This document shows, piece by piece, positions 8,376 to 18,934 of a stretch of 64,000 bases of DNA (positions are counted from its first letter, which is position 1; the number at the start of each line of letters is the position of its first letter). The translations under genes and the position numbers were made by a program. Origin of the DNA: Eubacteriales bacterium. Its GTDB lineage: Bacteria; Bacillota; Clostridia; Oscillospirales; CAG-272. The stretch lies in the NCBI GenBank assembly GCA_045636445.1, contig JAZTXO010000077.1:2410-66409 (forward strand), read 5' to 3'. The notes beneath the pieces were generated by a model. It saw only the letters and a program-made list of their open reading frames with translations, was not told the origin of the DNA and searched no databases.

Positions 8376-10163
8376 TTACGCTTCGAGAGTGTAAGTCTTG
8401 GAATATTCCTTGTATTTTGCTTCGTAATTTTCGCTTCCGGCACGAATCTCGGCAAGATATTTGTGAAGATCCATAGCGTCGTAGGTGGAAATCTCGATTA
8501 CGCAGCCGCCAATGTTGGAGCAATGGTCGGAAACACGCTCGAAGTTGTTAAGCAGGTCGGCAAGAATGAAGCCGTGCTCGATAGAGCATTCGCTCTTCTG
8601 GAGTCTGATAATATGATTTTTCTTGATAGAATCCTTAAGGTCGTCAACTACCTGCTCAAGAGGCTCAATATCCGCCGCAAGGTTTACGTTGTTTTCAATA
8701 AGAGCCTTGCGTGTAACCTCTGTAATTTCGGCAAGAGCTGCTCTCATAACCGAAAGCTCTCTCTTTGCTTCCTGGGAGAATTCTATCTTCTTTTCTCTCA
8801 TTTCCTCGGCAGATTCAAGCACGTTTACCGCGTGGTCGGAAACACGCTCAAGGTCGCCGATTATATGAAGAAGCTTTGTTACCTGCTTTGCGTCACGCTC
8901 GGAAAGGTCACGGCTCGAAAGCTTAACAAGATAAGTACCGAGAGTGTCCTCGTAAACGTCGGCTTTGCCTTCAAGCTCTCTTACGCTTTCGGCAATCTTT
9001 GCGTCGTAGTTATCAAAGAGTGACATCGCATCGGTCATAGCCTTAAAGGAAATTTCCGACATAGCGATAGTAACCTCGGTAGCTCTGCCAACCGCAACGC
9101 CGGGAGTTTCGAAGAGACGCTCGTCAAGAAGATTTGCGCTTTCCTTTTCGTCTGCCGACTCTTTAATGGTAAGGCGGGAGAGCTTTTCAAGAAGCTTATA
9201 GAAGGGAGCAATCGCAATAACCGAAAGAATCTTAAATACGGTGTGGATAATAGCGATATCCCACATATTCGTAGCCTTTCCTACAAAGGCAAATCCGCCG
9301 GGGATAATAAGTCCGTTGAAGAGATAGAACAGCGACAGCCAGATAACAACGCCTATAATATTAAAGTAAAGGTGGATTATAGCGGCTCTGCGGCCGTTTT
9401 TATTAGCTCCGATAGCAGAAAGAAGGGCAGTTACGCAAGTACCGATATTCTGTCCCATAACGATTGGAATTGCCGCGCCGTAGGTGATAGCGCCCGTAAC
9501 GGTAAGCGACTGCAAAATACCGACCGAAGCCGAAGAGGACTGAACGATAGCCGTAAGCACAAGGCCCGCAAGCACGCCAAGGATAGGATTGTCGAACATA
9601 GTAAGAATAGCCTTGAATCCCTCGTCACTCTTAAGACCGGAAACCGCTCCCGACATAATATCCATACCCGTCATAAGTACGGCAAAGCCGAGAAGAACGA
9701 CGCCGAGGTCTTTTTTCTTGCCACGCTTAACGAACATAACAAGACAAATACCGATAAGAGCAAGTATAGGCATCCAAGCATCGGGCTTCAGCCACTTAAG
9801 CGCTCCGACAAGCTCCTGTCCGCTGTCTCCGCCAAGTCCGGAAAGAGCAGTAAGCCAAGCGGTTATTGCAGTACCGACGTTCGCGCCCATAATAACGCCC
9901 ACAGATTGAAGAAGCGTCATAGTGCCGGAGTTAACAAAGCCGACAACCATAACCGTCGTTGCCGACGAGGACTGAATAACGCAGGTCACACCGAGACCGA
10001 GAAGAAATCCCTTAAAGGGGTTTGAGGTCATCTTGCCAAGAATGGCCTTGAGACTTGAGCCTGCGCTCTTTTTCAGCGAGTCGCCCATAACGTCCATACC
10101 GTAAAGGAAGAGAGCAAGACCGCATATAAGCTCTAATACGTTAAATATATCCATTAAAAGCAC
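8376..10163 (-). CDS. Na+/phosphate cotransporter family protein with C-terminal PhoU-like repeats
   Basis: 595 aa. The N-terminal polytopic half carries QSSSATT and QSSSASV repeat motifs. The C-terminal half has two ERVSDH PhoU-type motifs. Confidence 0.85.
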   Translation of the reverse strand: MLLMDIFNVLELICGLALFLYGMDVMGDSLKKSAGSSLKAILGKMTSNPFKGFLLGLGVTCVIQSSSATTVMVVGFVNSGTMTLLQSVGVIMGANVGTAITAWLTALSGLGGDSGQELVGALKWLKPDAWMPILALIGICLVMFVKRGKKKDLGVVLLGFAVLMTGMDIMSGAVSGLKSDEGFKAILTMFDNPILGVLAGLVLTAIVQSSSASVGILQSLTVTGAITYGAAIPIVMGQNIGTCVTALLSAIGANKNGRRAAIIHLYFNIIGVVIWLSLFYLFNGLIIPGGFAFVGKATNMWDIAIIHTVFKILSVIAIAPFYKLLEKLSRLTIKESADEKESANLLDERLFETPGVAVGRATEVTIAMSEISFKAMTDAMSLFDNYDAKIAESVRELEGKADVYEDTLGTYLVKLSSRDLSERDAKQVTKLLHIIGDLERVSDHAVNVLESAEEMREKKIEFSQEAKRELSVMRAALAEITEVTRKALIENNVNLAADIEPLEQVVDDLKDSIKKNHIIRLQKSECSIEHGFILADLLNNFERVSDHCSNIGGCVIEISTYDAMDLHKYLAEIRAGSENYEAKYKEYSKTYTLEA

Positions 10164-10594
10164 CTTTCGTTTTTTGTTTTTTTCGGAAAGCCGAAAACCG
10201 GACTTTCCACTGCCAAGCTATTTTGCAATAACTTTGTAATCCTTTTTCAATGATTTTACAATCATTTTACATTTATTTTACAATATTTTATTTTGTTTTT
10301 CAAGTATTTTTTTCTCAAAATAAGCGGTTTTGGTACGATTTAGTTAAATTTTGTTAAAATTACACGAAAAAAACTGCCCCCAAAAAGTCAAAGAGAGCAG
10401 TTTTTCACTTGATTTTAGATTATAGGGGCGGCGGCTCAACGCTCGGCAAGAATTATCCTTGCAAAAATCCCTTTATCCGCCGCTAAAGCGGTCTGCCTTT
10501 CCCCAGAGGGAGAAGCTTAAAAGAAATTATTTCCCTTATTAAAGCTTTTGGTAGGCTTTTTAAGAAAAGCCGCCTCTTCCCTGTGCTGACTTCC

Positions 10595-13105
10595 TCAACC
10601 TACAACCTCATATCCCTGAGCTGTAACCGCTTCCGAAAGAGCCTCATTTGTCACTCCGTCAGAAACCTCGACTACCGCATCGCCTCTTACGTGGCTTACG
10701 TCGGCAGAAATTACTCCTTCAACAGCTTCAAGAGCCTTCTTTACTCTGCCCTCGCAGTGGGGGCACATCATTCCGTCGATTTTAATTGTGATTTTCATAT
10801 TTTTGTCCTCTATTTTTTCGGTTTCTATTAAAATTTCTTCGTTTTTGAGCGATTTTTCTTTGTTTTCTACAACGATTTCCTTAAATCTGCCAAGCCTTAA
10901 AGCGTTGCAAACAACGAAAAGGCTGGAAAGGCTCATTGCAAAAGCTCCGAGCATAGGTGTCATTTCTATACCGATGAAAGAAAATACTCCTGCCGCAACG
11001 GGAATACCTATAAGGTTATAAATAAATGCCCAAAACAGATTTTCCTTAATGTTTTTCAGAGTCGCTCTGCCAAGCCTTGCGGCGTTTACAACGCCCATAA
11101 GAGTGTCCTTAACCAGAACGACGTCTGCCGACTCTATGGCAATATCCGTACCGCCGCCGATAGCCACTCCCACGTCTGCCGAAGCGAGAGAGGGTGAGTC
11201 GTTTATTCCGTCGCCTACCATTACCACTCTGCCCTTTTGCCGAAGCTCTTTGATTTCCTTTTCCTTATCGGCAGGAAGAAGCGAGGCTCTTACCTCGTCG
11301 ATTCCCACAGATGCCGCAATCGCTCTTGCGGTGTTTTCGTTATCTCCCGTCAGCATAACCGTTTTAAGCTTCATTTTCTTTAGCAGCCTTACCGCTTCAT
11401 AGCTGTCGGGGCGAAGGGTGTCGGAAATTCCGATAGCTCCGAGAAGCCTTTCGCCCTCGGAGAAGAATATCGGAGTTTTTCCCTCGTTTGAGAGGATTTC
11501 GTAAAGCTCCTTGCCCTCTTTTGTCACCAAAGAACGCTCACTTATAAATTTATAACTGCCCCCGAAAATCTCTTTTCCCGAAAGAGAAGCCTTAACACCG
11601 CCGCCGGGCACTGCAAAAAAGGCGGTAATAGGCAGCTCTTTTGCTTTGCCTTCGGCATATTCACGCACCGCAAGAGCCAGGGGATGCTCACTTTTAGATT
11701 CAAGAGAATAGGCTATATCAAGAAGCTCCTCTTTGCCGCAGTCAAGAGGATAAACTCCCGAAACGCTCATTTTTCCGCTTGTTACAGTACCGGTTTTGTC
11801 AAGAGCGATATATTCCGCCCGTCCCATAAGCTCAAGCGACTCGGCGCTCTTATAAAGCAGTCCCATTTTCGCTCCGACACCGCTTCCCACCATTATTGCA
11901 ACCGGAGTGGCAAGTCCGAGAGCGCAGGGACAGCTTATTACAAGCACCGAAATTCCTCTTGAAAGAGCTATGCCTACCTCTTCGCCAAACAAAAGCCAAC
12001 TGCCGAAGCTCAAAAGAGCGATAAGGATTACAATAGGCACGAAAATTCCCGAAACTCTGTCTGCAAGTTTCGAAATGGGAGCTTTTGATGCCGAAGCATC
12101 TTCAACCAATCTTATTATTGAAGCGATGGTTGTGTTTTCGCCAACGCCCTCGGCGCGACATTTAAGAAATCCTCTGCCGTTTACCGTTGCGGAAAAAATT
12201 TTGTCGCCTACGGTTTTCTCCACCGGTACCGATTCGCCGGTCAGCATAGACTCGTCAACACTGCTCTCACCCTCGATAACCGAGCCGTCGGCGGCAGATG
12301 CGTCACCGGGACGGAGAAGGAAAATATCGCCTATTTTCAGCTCGGATGCGGGGATTTGCAGCTCTTTTCCGTCTCTTATAACCCTTGCGGTTTTCGGAGA
12401 AAGGTCCATAAGACTCTTTACCGCGTTGGTGGTTCTTCCCTTTGCAACAGCTTCAAGAAGTTTGCCGAGAGTTATAAGAACGAGTATCATTGCAGCCGAC
12501 TCGAAATAAAGTGAGTGAAGATAATGGGCAGCATCATCACCCGCCGTTACAGCCTCGCACATCAAAACGACCTGCGCTATACTGTAAATATAGGAAGCAA
12601 GCGAGCCGAGAGAAACAAGGGTATCCATATTCGGCGCAAGGTGAATAGCTCCCTTTATTCCGTTTATAAAGAACTTCTTGTTTATTACGAGTATAAGTCC
12701 CGACAAAAGAAGCTGATACAAAGCAAGCGCGAGAGGAGATTTCGGCAAAAACGGGGGCAAAGGAAGGCTTAACATCGTTACCCCCATTGAAATATACATC
12801 AATGGAATAAGAAGAAGCAAAGAGGTAACAAGCCTACTTAAAATCGCCTTTTTCTCGGTATTTTGCAAACTATTATTGTCATTTTCCTTAAAATCGGCAG
12901 TTTTTTTATCAAAAGGCTTTGCTCCGTATCCTGCCTTTTCCACAGCGGATATTATTTCGGAATCCGAAGTTTCGCCATCTAGTGTCATCGAATTTGTAAG
13001 CAGGTTTACAGAGCAGTTTTTTACGCCCGAAAGTGACGAAACCGCCTTTTCAACCCTTGCGGAGCAGGCGGCGCAAGACATACCGCTTATTTCAAATTTT
13101 CTCAT
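10595..13105 (-). CDS. copA: Copper-translocating P1B-type ATPase
   Basis: 836 aa. It has an N-terminal HMA domain ([15 protein letters not shown]), the CPC metal site ([11 protein letters not shown]), [13 protein letters not shown], and a second HMA domain at the C-terminus ([15 protein letters not shown]). Its start overlaps the csoR stop (ATGA). Confidence 0.95.
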   Translation of the reverse strand: MRKFEISGMSCAACSARVEKAVSSLSGVKNCSVNLLTNSMTLDGETSDSEIISAVEKAGYGAKPFDKKTADFKENDNNSLQNTEKKAILSRLVTSLLLLIPLMYISMGVTMLSLPLPPFLPKSPLALALYQLLLSGLILVINKKFFINGIKGAIHLAPNMDTLVSLGSLASYIYSIAQVVLMCEAVTAGDDAAHYLHSLYFESAAMILVLITLGKLLEAVAKGRTTNAVKSLMDLSPKTARVIRDGKELQIPASELKIGDIFLLRPGDASAADGSVIEGESSVDESMLTGESVPVEKTVGDKIFSATVNGRGFLKCRAEGVGENTTIASIIRLVEDASASKAPISKLADRVSGIFVPIVILIALLSFGSWLLFGEEVGIALSRGISVLVISCPCALGLATPVAIMVGSGVGAKMGLLYKSAESLELMGRAEYIALDKTGTVTSGKMSVSGVYPLDCGKEELLDIAYSLESKSEHPLALAVREYAEGKAKELPITAFFAVPGGGVKASLSGKEIFGGSYKFISERSLVTKEGKELYEILSNEGKTPIFFSEGERLLGAIGISDTLRPDSYEAVRLLKKMKLKTVMLTGDNENTARAIAASVGIDEVRASLLPADKEKEIKELRQKGRVVMVGDGINDSPSLASADVGVAIGGGTDIAIESADVVLVKDTLMGVVNAARLGRATLKNIKENLFWAFIYNLIGIPVAAGVFSFIGIEMTPMLGAFAMSLSSLFVVCNALRLGRFKEIVVENKEKSLKNEEILIETEKIEDKNMKITIKIDGMMCPHCEGRVKKALEAVEGVISADVSHVRGDAVVEVSDGVTNEALSEAVTAQGYEVVG

Positions 13106-13392
13106 TTCATCATCCTCTCAAGGGTTTTTACAAGCTCCTCAACGGTATCAAGCTTATCATTTTTAATATCCTCAACAACGCAAGATTTTATGTGACTTGA
13201 TATAAGCTCCTTTGAAAAAGAGGAAAGAGCCGACTGTATTGCCGACACCTGGGTTAAAATATCCACGCAGTAGGCGTCGTTTTCCACCATACTTCTAACG
13301 CCCCTGACCTGCCCTTCAATGCGGTTTAGGCGGTTTGTCAAAAGGCGGTATTCTTCCTCGCCACGCTTTTTGGTTTTACAGCAATCGCTCAT
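13102..13392 (-). CDS. csoR: CsoR-family copper-sensing transcriptional repressor
   Basis: 96 aa. [41 protein letters not shown] is the CsoR/RcnR pattern. It sits upstream of copA in the same operon. Confidence 0.9.
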   Translation of the reverse strand: MSDCCKTKKRGEEEYRLLTNRLNRIEGQVRGVRSMVENDAYCVDILTQVSAIQSALSSFSKELISSHIKSCVVEDIKNDKLDTVEELVKTLERMMK

Positions 13393-13413
13393 TTTTTGCT
13401 TTCCTTTCTTTTA

Positions 13414-13496
13414 TTTCCAATTTCCAATTTCTAATTTCTAATTTTGCTAACGCTTTTTGCGTTGGCAAGACATTTCACATTTCTCATTTCACATTC
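13414..13496 (+). repeat. Heptamer-array/hairpin element (type B repeat): 4x TTTCYAA, hairpin TTGCTAACGC-TTTTT-GCGTTGGCAA, 3x ATTTCNC
   Basis: Read directly from the sequence. Related copies lie at 37262-37371, 47233-47291 and, inverted, at 42571-42625. Here it lies inside the predicted 5' leader of csoR. Confidence 0.85.
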
Positions 13497-13525
13497 ATTA
13501 TATACCCCCTCTGGGTATTTGTCAA
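13497..13525 (-). promoter_or_regulatory. csoR-copA promoter (TTGACA-17-TATAAT) with a CsoR-type operator ATACCC-N5-GGGTAT (13502-13518) in the spacer
   Basis: The minus strand reads TTGACAaatacccagagggggtaTATAAT. The GC-rich pseudo-palindrome resembles described CsoR operators (B. subtilis copZA type). Confidence 0.6.
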
Positions 13526-13596
13526 CATTTTTGTATAGACATTTTTGCCTTTTTGTGGTATAATGCTTGTGTGTAATAAGCATTTTGGAGTTTTTT

Positions 13597-14442
13597 ATGA
13601 GAGAATTTATTAAAATAACCGATTTTTCCGCCCCGGAACTTGACCTTTTCGTAAGGCTGACGGGAGCGCAGCTTCGCTCAAAGGCAGAGTCAGGTCTTGG
13701 AGTTTTTATTGCCGAGAGCCCAACGGTTATTGAGGTTGCTATGAATTCCGGCTGCGAGCCTATCGCCTTTCTTACCGACGAAAGACTTCTTCACGGCGAA
13801 GTTGAAAAGCTCATTGAAAGACTTCCCGAAATTCCCATATATATTGCCGAAAGAGAGGTTCTTCGGACACTTACCGGCTTTGAGCTGACAAGAGGCGCTC
13901 TTTGCGCTATGAAAAGACCGAGAGAAAGAAGTTTAGACGAGCTTCTTTCGGGGGCAAAACGAGTTGCCGTACTTGAAAGCATTACCGATTCCACAAATAT
14001 CGGGGCAATATTCCGTTCGGCTGCGGCTTTGAATATTGATGCGGTGCTGGTGACGCCCTCCTGCTGCGACCCTCTTTGCCGAAGAGCCGTAAGAGTCAGT
14101 ATGGGCACGGTTTTCCAAGTGCCTTGGGGCAAAATAGGCAAAACGAACGAAGACTGGCCCGACCGAGGCATTGAAATGTTAAGAGATTTCGGCTTCAAAA
14201 CCGTTTCTATGGCTCTGCTTGACGACACTCTTAATATCGACTCGGAAATTCTCGCAAAGGAAGAGCGACTTGCAATTATTCTCGGCACAGAGGGCGACGG
14301 ACTTAAAAAAAGCACTATTGCAAAATCCGACTACACCGTAAAAATCCCAATGTCGGGCGGTGTTGACTCCCTTAACGTTGCGGCTGCGGGGGCGGTTGCC
14401 TTTTGGGAACTTGCGGCAAGAGGACGGGAAATAAGGAGATAA
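13597..14442 (+). CDS. TrmH/SpoU-family RNA 2'-O-methyltransferase
   Basis: NIGAIFRSAAA, LILGTEGDGL and IPMSGGVDSLNVAAAGAVAFWE are SpoU motifs 1-3. I prefer the start at MREFIK (13597) over the 13567 given in the track. Confidence 0.8.
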   Translation: MREFIKITDFSAPELDLFVRLTGAQLRSKAESGLGVFIAESPTVIEVAMNSGCEPIAFLTDERLLHGEVEKLIERLPEIPIYIAEREVLRTLTGFELTRGALCAMKRPRERSLDELLSGAKRVAVLESITDSTNIGAIFRSAAALNIDAVLVTPSCCDPLCRRAVRVSMGTVFQVPWGKIGKTNEDWPDRGIEMLRDFGFKTVSMALLDDTLNIDSEILAKEERLAIILGTEGDGLKKSTIAKSDYTVKIPMSGGVDSLNVAAAGAVAFWELAARGREIRR

Positions 14443-14491
14443 CTTTTTTCTAATTTAATTATAATATTTTCAACTTTTTTTCCGAAAGGTA

Positions 14492-14520
14492 TTGCAATTT
14501 TTGTTTTGTTGTGTTAAAAT
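14492..14520 (+). promoter_or_regulatory. Sigma-A-type promoter upstream of secG (TTGCAA-17-TAAAAT)
   Basis: Read directly; the spacer is exactly 17 nt. Confidence 0.5.
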
Positions 14521-14570
14521 ATCATATATAATTTCGCTAATTGCGTCTAAAAATCGAAAGGCTTTATAAT

Positions 14571-14882
14571 ATGCTTGAAAGTATTCTCTTGGTAGTTCTT
14601 TTAGTTGCAGCGCTCTTCATTATCGTTGCCGTTCTTCTTCAGAAAAGCTCTGACGAAGGTCTTTCCGGTTCTATCACCGGTAGCTCCGACACCTTCTACG
14701 GCAAGGACAAGGCAAGTCACACCGAAAGAACACTCTTTATTTTTACCATTATCGTAGCTATCGTTTTCGTACTTGCAGTTCTTGCAGTATACGTTATTCA
14801 GCCCGACTTCTACGCAACCTACTCTCTTGACGATTGGAAGACTAACTCGAGCTATAACGGCTATACCAACATCTTCAAGTAA
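14571..14882 (+). CDS. secG: Preprotein translocase subunit SecG
   Basis: MLESILLVVLLVAALFIIVAVLLQKSSDEGLSGSITG is the SecG N-terminal signature, and a second TM segment follows. The conserved secG-rnr neighbourhood supports the call. Confidence 0.85.
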   Translation: MLESILLVVLLVAALFIIVAVLLQKSSDEGLSGSITGSSDTFYGKDKASHTERTLFIFTIIVAIVFVLAVLAVYVIQPDFYATYSLDDWKTNSSYNGYTNIFK

Positions 14883-14900
14883 TATAGCTTAGCTTATTTA

Positions 14901-14940
14901 AGACGGTGAGATTTTGTTTTTCTCACCGTCTTATGCTTTA
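14901..14940 (+). terminator. Hairpin after secG (AGACGGTGAGA-N9-TCTCACCGTCT)
   Basis: An 11-bp stem read directly. The trailing T tract is weak. Confidence 0.45.
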
Positions 14941-15216
14941 ATTTGGAGATTTTAGTTTTTTTTCATATAAACTCAGCCTGCTTTTGGCATAATAACGATA
15001 ATCGAAAGTTGAAATTATTGAATTTCGACGGCAAATCTATGATTTGCAAAAAATTTCAAAAAGAAATTTGTCGATTTCTGCCCGAATGATATAGTTGCAA
15101 AAAGCCGTTTTCTGCTTTTTGCCCCTGCTGAATTTTCAGCCGCGGAAAGGCTCGTTCGCCTTTTCGACATTCTATAATCATTATAATTTACAAAAACCCT
15201 TAAGGTGTAATATTTT

Positions 15217-17310
15217 ATGAAAAATAAGGATTTTGCAAAATTTTCAAAACGGAATACCCATAAGCGAAGAGCCAAAGACAAGGCAAAAGCGGAGCTTCTG
15301 TCTGCAATAAGACAGGTGGAAGAAAGTTATTACGGCTTTAAAGTAAAGGACAGTTTTGACGAGGGCAGACGCGGACGGGTTTCGCCATCTCCCTTCAAGG
15401 GTGAAAAAGAGGGCGAGGGAATTTTTTCCTCTTCGAAATCCGGCTTTGGCTTTGTTAAGCTTCCCGACGCCGAAAGGGATATTTTCATTCCCGAGCATAA
15501 AACAAAGGGCGCAATAGACGGTGACAAGGTAAAAATCATCTACCACAGCTACAAAGGCTACGACGGAAACGAACGCACCGAGGGCAGAGTCACCGAAATC
15601 GTCTGCTATGGCAGAAAATTCATTATCGGCACGCTTGACGAGGAAATCTACCGTCACGGCAGACGCCGTTATAAAAAAGATATAGTTATTCCCGACGACC
15701 AGGGACTTCCCTTCCCCTTTGCGGTCAGCGAAACAATGGGGGCAGAGGTAGGCGACAAGGTGGTTTGCGAACTGCAAAGACGCAGCTTTGAGCCTGAATG
15801 CAAAGTTACGAAAATTTTAGGACACACCGAGTCAAGAGAGGCGAATTACGAGGCTATACTCATTGACGAGGGTATTGATACCGAGTTTTCCGACGAGGAA
15901 ATTGAATTTGCAAACGAGGCTTCGATGCTTGAAGTTTGCGAGGCGGGCAGATTTATCCCGGACGGCTTTATTCTCACTATGGACTCGGAGGGCGCAAAAG
16001 ACCTTGACGATGCGGTTTCCCTTGAAAAAACCGAGGGCGGCTATCTTCTCGGAGTTCATATTGCCGACGTTGCCCATTACGTTAAGGAGCGTACCGTTCT
16101 TGACAGATGCGTTATGGCAAGAGGCACCAGCGTTTACTTTACCGACAAGGTCGTGCCTATGCTTCCGACCTCTCTTTCAAACGGAGCGTGTTCACTAAAT
16201 GCGGGAGAGAAAAAATATACCCTCTCGGCTATGATAAGACTTACCGACGAGGGCGAAATTGAAGGCTGTGAGATTTACGAATCGGTAATCGTCAGCCGTA
16301 TCAGAGGTATTTACTCCGAAATCAACCGAGTTTTAGAGGGTGAGAGCGGAGAGTTGGCTGAAAAATACAAGGAAGCGATTCCTACCTTAAAACTAATGCG
16401 TACCCTTTACGAAAAGCTCCTTTCAAAGAGGGAGAAAGAGGGGTACATCGACTTTGGCAACGAGGAAGCCGAAATTGTTCTTGATAACGACGGCTCTCCT
16501 ATGGAAATTATTCCGAGTGACAGAGGCATCAGCGAAAGAATTATCGAGCATTTTATGCTTACGGCAAACGAGGCTGTTGCAAATCTGCTTCACGGCAGGG
16601 ATATTCCCTGCGTTTACCGAATCCACGAGCTGCCGCCAAAGGATAAGCTTTCGGATTTTGTAAAATATGCGGCAAATCTCGGCCTTGATACAAGAGAAAT
16701 ATCAAAGGGTGAGCCTGAAGCTGCCGCCTTTCGCCGTCTGCTTTCGGACGCCGAGAAAAAGGGCGTGTTCGAAGCGGCATCTATGACTATGTTAAGAGCT
16801 ATGTCAAAGGCGGTGTATTCTGCCGACTGTAAGCCGCACTTCGGTCTGGGTGTTGAGTGCTACTGCCATTTCACCTCGCCTATCCGTCGTCTTTCCGACC
16901 TTGCGACACACAGAATTATCAAAAACGCATATATAAACGGCAAAAATCCAAAGAGCTTTGCTTCCTATGCAAGACGGGCTGCCGCTGCCGCAACCGAGGG
17001 AGAGCTTCGGGCGGAGAGCGCCGAAAGGCGTATCGAAAACCTTTACAAAGCTCTTTATATGGCTGAAAGGCTGGGAGAGGAATTTTCGGCAGTTGTCATT
17101 TCGGTCACCCAATACGGACTTTTCTGCCGCCTTGAAAACACCTGCGAGGGACTTATACCTTTAAGCGAGTTGCCCGGAGAGTTTATTTTCGAGGAAAAAA
17201 CCCTTACCCTGCGCTCAAGAGACGCTTCCTTCAAAATTGCCGACAAATTAACTGTTATTTTGGAAGAGGTTGACCTTATAAGAGGAAAACTCAGGTTTTC
17301 CATAACCTAA
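15217..17310 (+). CDS. rnr: Ribonuclease R
   Basis: 697 aa. RNB-domain motifs are DLDDAVS, HFGL and YCHFTSPIRRLSDLATHR. A C-terminal S1-like domain is present (GLFCRLENTCEGLIPLSEL). Confidence 0.9.
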   Translation: MKNKDFAKFSKRNTHKRRAKDKAKAELLSAIRQVEESYYGFKVKDSFDEGRRGRVSPSPFKGEKEGEGIFSSSKSGFGFVKLPDAERDIFIPEHKTKGAIDGDKVKIIYHSYKGYDGNERTEGRVTEIVCYGRKFIIGTLDEEIYRHGRRRYKKDIVIPDDQGLPFPFAVSETMGAEVGDKVVCELQRRSFEPECKVTKILGHTESREANYEAILIDEGIDTEFSDEEIEFANEASMLEVCEAGRFIPDGFILTMDSEGAKDLDDAVSLEKTEGGYLLGVHIADVAHYVKERTVLDRCVMARGTSVYFTDKVVPMLPTSLSNGACSLNAGEKKYTLSAMIRLTDEGEIEGCEIYESVIVSRIRGIYSEINRVLEGESGELAEKYKEAIPTLKLMRTLYEKLLSKREKEGYIDFGNEEAEIVLDNDGSPMEIIPSDRGISERIIEHFMLTANEAVANLLHGRDIPCVYRIHELPPKDKLSDFVKYAANLGLDTREISKGEPEAAAFRRLLSDAEKKGVFEAASMTMLRAMSKAVYSADCKPHFGLGVECYCHFTSPIRRLSDLATHRIIKNAYINGKNPKSFASYARRAAAAATEGELRAESAERRIENLYKALYMAERLGEEFSAVVISVTQYGLFCRLENTCEGLIPLSELPGEFIFEEKTLTLRSRDASFKIADKLTVILEEVDLIRGKLRFSIT

Positions 17311-17399
17311 AAACCAAAAAACGGGTAAAATCCCGTGAATTTAACCACAAAAGATAAAGAGCAACAGCGGCAAAGACCGTCCTCTGCGAAAGGAGAAAA

Positions 17400-18203
17400 A
17401 TGGAAAGAAATATAAAGGCGTACACCATGGCGTCACTTCTGTTTATCTGTATTTTGAGTCTTTCGTCATCTCTTTCGGGCATTTTTTCGATTGTAGTAAG
17501 ACTTCTTTCGTTTATTCTGCCCTTTGTGGCGGCACTTGCTGTTTCGGAAAGAAAAAAAGGGGACTCCCTGCCCCTTGGCGGAATAAAAAAGAGCCTTGCT
17601 CTGATTCCCGTCTTTCCGATAGCTCTGCTTTTGATTTTTCTTCTTTCCCTTCTTACAACCTTTTTCTTAAACACTCTTGCAGGAGCATCTTCGCCCAGTC
17701 CTTTAAGCGGAAATGTAAACTTTGATTTACTTTATTTAGGCGTTTTACCTGCGTTTTCCGAGGAACTTCTCTTCCGTCTGCTTCCTTTAATTATAATTAG
17801 TCCTTATTCGAAGAAAACTGCGGTTATCCTTTCGGCTCTCTTTTTCTCCTTTGCTCACGCAAGTCTTTTTTCGATTCCCTATGCCCTTTTGGCAGGTGTA
17901 ATCTTTATGGCCCTTGATCTTTTGGCGGACAGTATATGGCCGTCGGTGGTACTGCATCTTATAAACAATTTTCTCTCGATTTTCTATATGTACTTCGCCC
18001 TGACCCCCGGCTTTACATATCTTTTCTTCGGTGTTTTGGGGTTGCTTTCCAGCATCTGTATCGGTGTGATTTTCCTTTTTAGAAGCTATTATATAAATAT
18101 GTTTAAGGAAGTCTTTTGCAAAGAGGACAGAGTGAAAATCCCCCTCTTTGCCCTTGCGTTTATTCTTCCGATGCTGATTTTTGCGCTGCTCAATCTCTTC
18201 TAA
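17400..18203 (+). CDS. CPBP-family (CAAX) intramembrane glutamic protease
   Basis: A polytopic protein with FSEELLFRLLPL, FSFAHA and HLINNF, which are CPBP motifs 1-3. Confidence 0.8.
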   Translation: MERNIKAYTMASLLFICILSLSSSLSGIFSIVVRLLSFILPFVAALAVSERKKGDSLPLGGIKKSLALIPVFPIALLLIFLLSLLTTFFLNTLAGASSPSPLSGNVNFDLLYLGVLPAFSEELLFRLLPLIIISPYSKKTAVILSALFFSFAHASLFSIPYALLAGVIFMALDLLADSIWPSVVLHLINNFLSIFYMYFALTPGFTYLFFGVLGLLSSICIGVIFLFRSYYINMFKEVFCKEDRVKIPLFALAFILPMLIFALLNLF

Positions 18204-18214
18204 AGGAGGCTCTT

Positions 18215-18688
18215 ATGGAAAATAACAAATTTTGCAGTATTGAAGAAGAGGATATTTTCTTTATGAGAAGAGCTATGGAACTTGCAAGAGAGGCTGCGGA
18301 GCGTGACGAAGTGCCTGTTGGAGCTGTTGCGGTAAGAGACGGAAAAATTATTGCCGAGGCTTCAAACGACAGAGAAAAATCCAAATGCGCAACCCACCAC
18401 GCAGAGCTTCTTGCAATAGAGGAAAGCTGCAGAGTCCTTGGCGGCTGGCGGCTTCCGGGAGTTACTCTTTACGTCACTATGGAGCCGTGCTGTATGTGTG
18501 CGGGAGCTATTATAAATGCAAGAATTCCGAGAGTTGTTTTCGGCGCTCCCGACTTAAGATTCGGCGCGTTCGGCTCTCTTGTTGACCTATCGAATGCTGG
18601 GTTAAATCACAAACCCGAAATTGTGGGCGGTGTGCTTAAAGAGGAGTGCGCAAAGATACTTTCGGACTATTTTAAGGCAAAAAGGTAA
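18215..18688 (+). CDS. tadA: tRNA-specific adenosine deaminase
   Basis: VPVGAVAV, HAELLAI and PCCMCAG are the CDA zinc motifs. I chose the start at MENNKF (18215), which has AAGGAGG 7 nt upstream, rather than 18116. Confidence 0.9.
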   Translation: MENNKFCSIEEEDIFFMRRAMELAREAAERDEVPVGAVAVRDGKIIAEASNDREKSKCATHHAELLAIEESCRVLGGWRLPGVTLYVTMEPCCMCAGAIINARIPRVVFGAPDLRFGAFGSLVDLSNAGLNHKPEIVGGVLKEECAKILSDYFKAKR

Positions 18689-18905
18689 AAAAATCCTTGG
18701 CGGAAAAGCTCAAAAAAGCTCCCTTTCCCCTGCCCCTGCCTCAAAGCGCATAAATTTTTGATGGATTTTGATGTGACAAGTCGCAGCCAAGTGCGGACTT
18801 TACAAGGCTTGACGCATCGAAAGCCGCTAAAAGGTATCTCCGTAAGACTTGTTAGTTCGATTATCTTACGTAACCGTAACAAATGTTCGTTTTCTCCCTA
18901 TATTG

Positions 18906-18934
18906 TTGACAAAATTTACATTATGTGCTAAAAT
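18906..18934 (+). promoter_or_regulatory. Sigma-A-type promoter TTGACA-17-TAAAAT, about 150 nt upstream of the acyl-CoA synthetase gene
   Basis: Read directly; consensus -35 and an exact 17-nt spacer. Confidence 0.55.

Noticed and set aside
9242-9250. Perfect DnaA-box-like 9-mer TGTGGATAA.
   Set aside because: It is a single occurrence inside the Na/Pi transporter coding sequence, with no cluster, no AT-rich DUE and no dnaA/dnaN nearby.
10595-13105. Considered whether the C-terminal HMA domain of CopA is unusual.
   Set aside because: C-terminal metal-binding domains are documented in some CopA proteins (for example the archaeal A. fulgidus enzyme). It is noted in the feature evidence but is not a separate finding.
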